A DNA stretch of 42,427 nucleotides from an uncultured Myxococcales bacterium (GTDB lineage: Bacteria; Myxococcota; Kuafuiibacteriia; Kuafuiibacteriales; Kuafuiibacteriaceae), in NCBI GenBank assembly GCA_964519665.1, contig CAZFIV010000059.1:1-42427 (forward strand). Direction: 5' to 3'. The notes beneath the pieces were generated by a model that saw only the letters and a program-made list of their open reading frames with translations, was not told the origin of the DNA and searched no databases. The translations under genes were made by a program, and so were the position numbers. How positions within the stretch are numbered: position 1 is the stretch's first letter; each line of letters opens with the position of its first letter. Below are positions 35,948 through 42,427 of the stretch, in pieces.

Positions 35948-38900
35948 CTAGAGGTCTCGAGCGCAGCGAAATCCGACTCGGAGGTCGTCGGTACCCACCA
36001 CGCGGGTGTTTTCATAGGCGATGTACCAGTGCTGCCGATCCGGCGGCGACAGCCAGTCTCCGCCCCGTACGATACGAACCTGAGGACTGCCGGCAGTCGA
36101 CGTCGAGGTCCACTCGGAAACGTTGCCGGCCAGTTGCAGAATGCCGTAAGGACTCGCGCCGGCCTCGAAGGCGGTCACCGGGGCGGTCGTTTCATACCCG
36201 TCGATCTCGAGTGAGATGTTCAGCGGCGGCGGAATCAAGATCGACCCCCATGGAAGGTTGCGCGTGGGCATGGGGTTCGCCAGCTTTCGCTGCTCATCCA
36301 AGTAGATACCTCCCCGCGCCGCCTTCTCCCACTCTAGCGACGTCGGTAGGCGCTTGCCATGAAATCGGCAGAACGCCTCGGCCGTGTGGTAGCCCACGAG
36401 AACAGCCGGATGCTCGGGCAGACCGAGGATTTCGGAATCCGGAATGCTCTTCGGGTAGATCGTCGCATTCATTCCGGTCAGTCTGCTCATTCGCGTGAAG
36501 TGCCCGAGCGCCTGATTGCTGACTTCGTACCGGTCCATGGCGAAGGCCGGCAGGTCGACGATTTTTTCGGGCTCCACGTAGCTCGGAAATCGGGTCTTCG
36601 GTATCCCGGCGCCGCCGCTGATGAACTCTCCGGCGGGAACCTGCGCCATGTTGGCCAAGCTTGCGGCGCAGGTGGGTATCCACACTTCGATGACGGTGTC
36701 GCGGTATCGTTCCGCATAACCGGGCGCGCGCTGGAGACGCAGCTCGGAAGGCCCGCATTCGGCCTTCCGCCCGCGACCGATGACGAGCAAGAACAGCGAG
36801 CCGCCCCGGACCTCGACCGAATATCGAACGGAGTCCGACGAGCCCGACGGTAGGCGCTGTGACCTCACGTAGTTTTCCTCGATTGGAGCGCCGCGTTCGA
36901 GTATGTCCCCGAGGGCGATATCATGGAGTCGCCACGACAGGTCGGGCAGCTCACTCACGTTGGCGGGTCGTGGTTCGCCGGTCGCGGGGTCGATGTCGAA
37001 CGGATGCAAGACCAAGTCGAAGCGCCCGAGGTTCGCGGCGGCCTGGTTGATCTGCTCGGCCTGACTTCGAAACACCACCGCGGCGGCACCAGCGACAATC
37101 GCGAACAGTGCGGTGGCGGCGAACGTCACCGTCCAGAACAGACGCTCGCGTGCCTTCTGTTTGTGCGCTCGGTAGCGTCCGAGCTTCAAGAAGCGGTCGA
37201 TGTGTGGTGGCGGGCGAATGCCCAAGCTCTCGAAGCGATCGAGGGTGCGCTCGACCGTGGGACCATCCCACGTCTCCTGGATGAGGGCGCCGCGTCGAAG
37301 CCACGGCTGGACGGTCTCTTCGAGTTCCTGAAGGAGTTGCCGCTCTTCCCGGGTTTCGTCGGTCCACCTCGCGAGCTGGGTCCACGATCGGATCAGTGCC
37401 TCGTGAACCAGCTCGTAGGTGGCACCGCCTTCGTCACGGCCGGGGCGAAGCTGAGCGGTCACCAGTCGGCCTTCCACCAGTTTTTCGAGGGCGTCGGAGC
37501 CGCCCGGGAGGTCGGTGACCAGCGCGTCCGAGGTTCGAATGAGCCTCGTGCCCTCCGGACCCACCAACCGAAGCAGGATGGTCTTGGCGGCTTCGAACTG
37601 CGATGGATTCATCGACGCCATCAACTGGTCGGCGCGCCGAGCGAGCGCGCCTTGTACGCCGCCGAGCGCTGCGTAGGCTTCCTCGGAGATCGTTCGGGTC
37701 GCTTCGTTTCGCTCTTTCCAAAGCTCGGCGCAGGTGAACTGAAGCAAGGGAAGCGGCGACGCCGCGTCTTTGACTTCATCGACCATTCTCTGCGCCAGGT
37801 CACGCGGGGAGAGCTGATATCCGATCGCGGCGAGCGGGGCGGTCACACATCGAACGAGCATGTCCGTGCTCGGGCTGACGAGAACCACGAGCTCTTGAAC
37901 CAGAGTTGCTGCGCCGGGAAGAGCGGCCAGACGGCCCAGGAAGTCGTCGCGGAGGGTCATGACCACCCGTATGCTGTCATCGGGACCGTCGAAGGCCCCG
38001 CCGAGCGCCTTCAGGAATGCGGCCGCCTGGTCGAGGTCTTCGACGTTGGTGATCAGTTCCTCGGCCTGGTCGACGAAGACCAGAATGTTGGTGTCTCCCT
38101 CCTCGGCGCGGTCGTGCAACTTCAGGTTCAACAGCGCCGGTCGCTCGGTCAACCGCGCCGCAAACGAGTCGACGGACTCGGTGTCGCGGGACGACCTCGA
38201 AGCCTCGCCCATGAGTTGCGCGGCGAGCGCGCGCATCGGGCGAGCGCCCGGTCGAATACGGAGGAACTGCCACCGACCGGTATGGGCGAGCCGAGGAAGA
38301 ACCGCCGCTTGCACGAACGAGCTCTTCCCCGTGCCCGAGGCTCCAACGACCGTGATCGCCGCCTGCGTTCGAAGAAGCCGCAAGAAACGGTCCGATTCTT
38401 CCTCGCGTCCCACGAAAAAGCGGGCATGACGCTGATCGAAGGCCTCGAGACCCCGGAACGGAGGGATCTCGAGATCTTCAGCGGGGACCGAAACGGCGTA
38501 CAGCCTCTCCAGGGTGTGGGCGATTTCGTCGGCGGTCGGGCGCTCCTGCGGTGTTCCTCGCAAACATGACGCGACCAGGAAGCCGAGAGGCCCGACGGAT
38601 GTGCTGGGCGGCGGGAGCTCCCCTTCTTCCAGCCCTGGCGGTAAGGGTGGCCCTTCCCGCTTCCGCCGGGGCAGGTCGCCTTCGAGCATCTCGTACAGGA
38701 TGAGCCCCAAGGCCCAGACATCTACAGCTCCGGATAGCTCCAAGCCTCGCCATTGTTCGGGCGCCATGTAGGCCGGTGTGCCGCTCCAGCTGCGCCCGGG
38801 AGCGACGTTGACGGTACTGAAGGCCCGGGCAAGCCCGAAATCGACCACCCGAGGCCGTCCGTCCTCGGGAACCAAGACGTTGGCGGGCTTGAGGTCACAG

Positions 38901-39985
38901 TGCAGGATGCCCTGTCGATGAGCTTCCGACAGCGCTCGTGCGATAGCGAGCCCGATCCGGATCGCTTCGTGCGTTGTCAGGCCGGCTTTCAGTGCTTCGC
39001 TGAGCGTTTCTCCAGGGAGGTACTCCAGCGCCAGGTACACCTGGCGACGATGTCGCCCGACCCCGTACAGTACGACGATGTTCGGATGCGAAAATACGGC
39101 CGTGGATCGGGCTTCCTCTAGCAGGTCGGAGGTTTCGGGCTCGCTTACGGCGTCGTGCCGCAGCAGTTTGAGCGCGACCAGCCGTCCGAGCACCGTATCG
39201 CGAGCCAGATAGACGTCGGCCAAGCCTCCTCGCCCCAAATGACGTTGGATCTGAAAGTGGTCGATCCAGGTGCCGGCCTCGAGCTCGGTGACCTCTGCCG
39301 CCCTACGGCCCCGACGCCGGGTGGGCTCGTCTACCTTGGCGAGCGCGACTTCTACGGCGCGCATCGAGGGCCGTTCTTGCTGCAAGCGGTGAGCGTCGGA
39401 GCTGTCGAGCCATCTCCGAAGCGGCGTTTCGGGGGCGTCCCTCGGACTCAAGGCGTCGATCAGTGCAAAAAAGTCGACGATATCTTGATCCGCCTGCGCG
39501 ACCCTTCCGAGCAGTCGTCCAATGCCGAGGTCGTAGAGCCGAACGGCGGTCCCGACCGAGATCGACCACGGCGACAGAGCGCCGTGAGTCCATCCGTGCT
39601 CGTGCGCGTACGCCAGCGCTTCGGCAATGCCGCACGCTGCGTCGAGTCGATCGGACGGGTCAGGCAAGTTGTTGGCAATGGCCGGCCACATTGCGTCTTC
39701 GGCGGCGTACGCTTGCTCCACGACGAGCAACGAGACCGATCGGAAGTATCGGGCCCCGACCGTCGTGGCGAGCATCGGATGTCGAGCCCGTCCCGCGCCG
39801 TCCAGGAACGTTGGAATCCGACCCGAGGGGTCATCTTCGGTCCTCCATACGCGGAGGGCGAGTCGCTGCTGATGTTGCTCACCCGTGAACGCCCAGTGGT
39901 CGTCGGCGCGGCACACCTCAACGACCTTATCGTACGACTCAAGAAGGGCAGCCCGAATGGTCGACACCGCGATGACCTCGGTCAC
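35948..39985 (-). CDS. multidomain Ser/Thr protein kinase: N-terminal degenerate pseudokinase, canonical Hanks kinase, STAND-type P-loop NTPase and C-terminal FGE-sulfatase (formylglycine-generating-enzyme-like) domain
   Basis: 1345 aa. The kinase motifs are GRGGLADVY, VALK, HCDLKPANVL, DFGLAR and GTPAYMAPE. The upstream domain is degenerate (HGALSPWSI and DLG replace HRD and DFG). The NTPase region has PFRGLEAFDQRHARFFVGREEE plus VVGASGTGKSS. The C-terminal FGE motifs are DRYEVSN, RLPTSLEWEKAARGG, GNVSEWT, RIVRGGDW and RVGFRCARD. Confidence 0.9.
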   Translation of the reverse strand: MTEVIAVSTIRAALLESYDKVVEVCRADDHWAFTGEQHQQRLALRVWRTEDDPSGRIPTFLDGAGRARHPMLATTVGARYFRSVSLLVVEQAYAAEDAMWPAIANNLPDPSDRLDAACGIAEALAYAHEHGWTHGALSPWSISVGTAVRLYDLGIGRLLGRVAQADQDIVDFFALIDALSPRDAPETPLRRWLDSSDAHRLQQERPSMRAVEVALAKVDEPTRRRGRRAAEVTELEAGTWIDHFQIQRHLGRGGLADVYLARDTVLGRLVALKLLRHDAVSEPETSDLLEEARSTAVFSHPNIVVLYGVGRHRRQVYLALEYLPGETLSEALKAGLTTHEAIRIGLAIARALSEAHRQGILHCDLKPANVLVPEDGRPRVVDFGLARAFSTVNVAPGRSWSGTPAYMAPEQWRGLELSGAVDVWALGLILYEMLEGDLPRRKREGPPLPPGLEEGELPPPSTSVGPLGFLVASCLRGTPQERPTADEIAHTLERLYAVSVPAEDLEIPPFRGLEAFDQRHARFFVGREEESDRFLRLLRTQAAITVVGASGTGKSSFVQAAVLPRLAHTGRWQFLRIRPGARPMRALAAQLMGEASRSSRDTESVDSFAARLTERPALLNLKLHDRAEEGDTNILVFVDQAEELITNVEDLDQAAAFLKALGGAFDGPDDSIRVVMTLRDDFLGRLAALPGAATLVQELVVLVSPSTDMLVRCVTAPLAAIGYQLSPRDLAQRMVDEVKDAASPLPLLQFTCAELWKERNEATRTISEEAYAALGGVQGALARRADQLMASMNPSQFEAAKTILLRLVGPEGTRLIRTSDALVTDLPGGSDALEKLVEGRLVTAQLRPGRDEGGATYELVHEALIRSWTQLARWTDETREERQLLQELEETVQPWLRRGALIQETWDGPTVERTLDRFESLGIRPPPHIDRFLKLGRYRAHKQKARERLFWTVTFAATALFAIVAGAAAVVFRSQAEQINQAAANLGRFDLVLHPFDIDPATGEPRPANVSELPDLSWRLHDIALGDILERGAPIEENYVRSQRLPSGSSDSVRYSVEVRGGSLFLLVIGRGRKAECGPSELRLQRAPGYAERYRDTVIEVWIPTCAASLANMAQVPAGEFISGGAGIPKTRFPSYVEPEKIVDLPAFAMDRYEVSNQALGHFTRMSRLTGMNATIYPKSIPDSEILGLPEHPAVLVGYHTAEAFCRFHGKRLPTSLEWEKAARGGIYLDEQRKLANPMPTRNLPWGSILIPPPLNISLEIDGYETTAPVTAFEAGASPYGILQLAGNVSEWTSTSTAGSPQVRIVRGGDWLSPPDRQHWYIAYENTRVVGTDDLRVGFRCARDL

Positions 39986-40160
39986 CGAGCAAAACTAGCC
40001 CTACCTGCCCTTCTGGGCAACAGCGCCTTCTGGGCCGCCATCGGTTCGACCCGTTGGCGGTCGATGCCATCGGGGATGCGGCGGTCGATTCACCGCCATC
40101 GCTCTCGAATCCCAGAAGAACAGGATGGCAATCGGTCGATTGCAGAGGTCATGATCAGTT

Positions 40161-41690
40161 ATGCCGGCTCGACCGACTCCAGTCGAAATATTCGTCAATC
40201 CCCAAAGAAAAATCAAAGTATCTGTGGATGGCCATTTGTGGCCTCAGGCCGAAGGACAACTGAGCTTCAATATAAATCGGGCTCGACTGGTCGATAGTGC
40301 AGTTGCGCCTTTGGAGGAACCAGACTTTAGTTCACCGCGAGAGTATCGGGACGCCGAGGCGCGCGCGGGGCGAGCGCTGTGCGGCCTGTTGTCTGAATCG
40401 GACGCCGAGATGAAACCACATCAAGTCGTTCATCGTCTCCTGGAAGAAGGCCATACTATTCGTCTCTGCCTAGACTTTCGGGACAGTGAGCTCGACGAGA
40501 AGCCTTGGGAGTTGTTGTGTAGCCCGACCGACCCGCAGGAGGGGTGCAATATTCCGAGCCGAGCCGGAGGCGACCTCGAGGTCTCCGCCGCGAACTCGAC
40601 CGAGCCTTGGGGCGTCCACGACCGAATTCTCTTGGGTCGAAAGACCTTTCAGAATGAGCAGAACGGGGGAAACAGGGGCTTGGGCGGAGTCGGATCGCGG
40701 CCGCCAGTGCGAACATGCGTCGTCTCCAGGTTGCCGGGCGACCGGTTCTCGTCCGCGGCTCGCGACGTTCTCGAGGTGCTTCAGGGCCTCGACGCGGTAT
40801 CGCGTCGGTTTGCCGTCGAGCGGATTCCCAGAGACGATTCAGCCCCCGACGATGATGTGCTGACGGGTCCGGTCGGTATCTATCATTTTCTGGGGCACGG
40901 TAGGGTGCCGGGCGCCAGGAGACAGCAGTTGTACGACTGGTCTCCCGGTCCGATCGCGGCCCGCGAATTGAAAGCGGCGCTCGACCAAGAGGGAGGCTCC
41001 CCCGCCAGCCTGTACATTATCTTCGCGTGCCATGGTACCTCGTGCTTCAATTCCAACACCACGAAGCACGGGGCGGGATTCGAGGCCGTGGTGCAGTCGG
41101 GAGCTCCGGTCGTAGTGGCGACCCAGGCGCTCTTCAACTTGGCCACCACCCGGGCGACCACCTCGTTGCTGTACGCCTTCTTGGCCAAAGGGCAACCGAT
41201 CGACGAAGCCGCAACGAACGCTCGGCGGTTTGCACGAAAAGTCATGTTGGGTCTTTTGGCCCAACGGGCCATGTATAAGGTCGATTGCAACTGTATTTAT
41301 ACCTGGCGCCAGCTCGCGGTGGCCTACGGAGATATTGAGGCGCTGTACTTTCTGCCTCAGTTCTCTATCGATATGGCACCCAAGCTACGGCAAGCTCGAG
41401 AGCTGCTCGCGCTATCATCACTCTTCAAACAATTGAAGATGCCAGCCGAACTATGCGCCGCAACAGGCCCGCGGCAGGTCGATTTATCGGCTCCCATGAT
41501 CATGACTGAGGAGCAGATCAACGATGTATTTCCTTCGACCGGCCCGATCTTGCGTCCTTATCTTGCGACCGTTGGCGGGCTGGCGACCTACTGCGGACCG
41601 TGGCACGGCTTCGAATCCCTGAAGCTGGCGATCATTGCGGCCGCGGCGCTGCTTTGCAACGAGCGGACTCTTGAGGAGATCTTAGAATGA
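40161..41690 (+). CDS. CHAT-domain (caspase-like His/Cys dyad) protein in lower-GC segment
   Basis: 509 aa. The putative dyad context is IYHFLGHGRV...SLYIIFACHGTS (His in xHG, Cys in ACHG, about 48 aa apart), as in CHAT/caspase folds. GC is about 55% versus about 68% elsewhere, with AT-rich codons. Confidence 0.5.
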   Translation: MPARPTPVEIFVNPQRKIKVSVDGHLWPQAEGQLSFNINRARLVDSAVAPLEEPDFSSPREYRDAEARAGRALCGLLSESDAEMKPHQVVHRLLEEGHTIRLCLDFRDSELDEKPWELLCSPTDPQEGCNIPSRAGGDLEVSAANSTEPWGVHDRILLGRKTFQNEQNGGNRGLGGVGSRPPVRTCVVSRLPGDRFSSAARDVLEVLQGLDAVSRRFAVERIPRDDSAPDDDVLTGPVGIYHFLGHGRVPGARRQQLYDWSPGPIAARELKAALDQEGGSPASLYIIFACHGTSCFNSNTTKHGAGFEAVVQSGAPVVVATQALFNLATTRATTSLLYAFLAKGQPIDEAATNARRFARKVMLGLLAQRAMYKVDCNCIYTWRQLAVAYGDIEALYFLPQFSIDMAPKLRQARELLALSSLFKQLKMPAELCAATGPRQVDLSAPMIMTEEQINDVFPSTGPILRPYLATVGGLATYCGPWHGFESLKLAIIAAAALLCNERTLEEILE

Positions 41691-42364
41691 GTGATGAAGT
41701 CACGTATGAGTGGTTCTATGGCAAACTGATCGACGGCACGACCTACGAGATGTACGAGTTGGTCGCGTTGAGAGACGGCACGAATCGGTTCGTGCCGTTG
41801 GAGCAAGGGCAGCTGTACACCTTCGGATTCACTGCCGTGCCCTTTCCGGGCCAGACTCCCGATCCGAACATTCTGAAGCTGTCGTTCGACTATGAACCGG
41901 ATACTTGGCCGAGCGATGACTGGACGAACTTTCCCCGCCCGTCGCCTTTCGATCCCAAATATCCCAGGGGCAGTCTCAGTGGCGAGCCGTACGGCGACGC
42001 GGCAACCTATCGACTCGTTCTCGATTCTCTTCCCGAATCGCTTGCGCTCAAGGAGGGGTTCGTGCTCGTACAAGATCTCATCCTCACCAGTCTGGCGGAT
42101 ATCTATGCCTCTTTCTCGGCCGCGATCGACGACGGGGGCGACTTCGAACAGCTCGAGGAGCTGATTCCCGAAATCCGCGATTGGGTGGTGGCCAACATCA
42201 ACTCGGATGCCGTTCAAGCCATCCAGAACGCACTTCCCCTGGGGCTGTCACGGGCCGGTGGCCACAACTTTGATGAGGCCAGGTGGTACCCACTCGGTTG
42301 GGAAGTCAAGACGATCTACGGCTATCTGGCCGCCCACAAATTTGCTCCGAACGGGGCCGCCTAG
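41687..42364 (+). CDS. hypothetical protein translationally coupled to the CHAT gene
   Basis: 225-aa ORF starting with an ATGA overlap on the CHAT stop. It is acidic and aromatic-rich with no recognisable domain. Confidence 0.45.
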   Translation: MSDEVTYEWFYGKLIDGTTYEMYELVALRDGTNRFVPLEQGQLYTFGFTAVPFPGQTPDPNILKLSFDYEPDTWPSDDWTNFPRPSPFDPKYPRGSLSGEPYGDAATYRLVLDSLPESLALKEGFVLVQDLILTSLADIYASFSAAIDDGGDFEQLEELIPEIRDWVVANINSDAVQAIQNALPLGLSRAGGHNFDEARWYPLGWEVKTIYGYLAAHKFAPNGAA

Positions 42365-42427
42365 ACTTAGCTAGGCTGCGCCTCAAACGCTCGAGTTCAT
42401 TCGCGATTCCGTGCTGGCGCAGCCTCG

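Noticed and set aside
41687-42364. Bacterial gasdermin as the partner of the CHAT protease
   Set aside because: There is no N-terminal Cys for palmitoylation, the gene lies downstream rather than upstream of the protease, and its composition is not reminiscent of the gasdermin N-domain. It is kept only as an open question.
42390-42427. Additional copy of the REP-like element at the window's 3' edge
   Set aside because: Only a 10-nt match (ttcattcgcg) plus gctggc was seen. Without the flanking GC stem this is too weak to call.

Overview
This is a high-GC (roughly 65-70% by eye) bacterial chromosomal window with dense, often translationally coupled genes; the gene content (non-flagellar T3SS, multidomain Ser/Thr kinase with an FGE-sulfatase domain, UGA-selenoprotein, PPK2) suggests a deltaproteobacterial/myxobacteria-like organism, which is inference only. 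The supported content, in order, is below.

- **Start to ~9.5 kb:** a phosphotransferase (APH fold), an HExxH protein and an EamA/DMT transporter, followed by a 2-oxoacid:ferredoxin oxidoreductase operon (ferredoxin, fused gamma-delta subunit, alpha, beta) on the minus strand and a Lon-like protease of 860 aa.
- **9.7-18.4 kb:** a seven-gene plus-strand operon with 4-29 nt overlaps. It combines a large membrane protein, a MotA/ExbB-MotB(OmpA) proton-motor pair, two unknown proteins, an AONS-family PLP enzyme homologue that has lost its catalytic Lys and a PLP-binding His, and an ABC1/UbiB kinase fused to a ribosomal L7/L12 C-terminal-like domain. I regard this as the best candidate for an undescribed system.
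- **18.5-23.3 kb:** a CIA30-like gene coupled to a TlpA/redoxin-like gene with an in-frame UGA at the first Cys of the CxxC motif (selenoprotein candidate with a bSECIS-like hairpin), a two-domain PPK2, and a Tat-signal alpha/beta hydrolase.
- **23.3-35.9 kb:** a type III secretion export-apparatus cluster on the minus strand. It comprises an LcrH/SycD-like TPR chaperone, SctU, an MsbA-like ABC exporter inserted between sctT and sctU, SctT, SctS, SctR, a FliO-like protein, SctQ, an SPFH protein and a FliK/SctP-like protein. A 73-bp REP-like hairpin repeat present as about 2.7 tandem copies lies downstream of sctU, with a further dispersed copy at 3.2 kb.
- **34.6-34.7 kb:** a tRNA-like T-arm remnant in an AT-rich intergenic gap.
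- **35.9-40.0 kb:** a 1345-aa pseudokinase-kinase-STAND NTPase-FGE-sulfatase protein.
- **40.1 kb to end:** a lower-GC (~55%) segment with a CHAT (caspase-like) protein coupled to an unknown 225-aa partner.

Many overlapping antisense ORFs in the six-frame track are Arg/Pro/Gly-rich artefacts of the high GC content and were not called.
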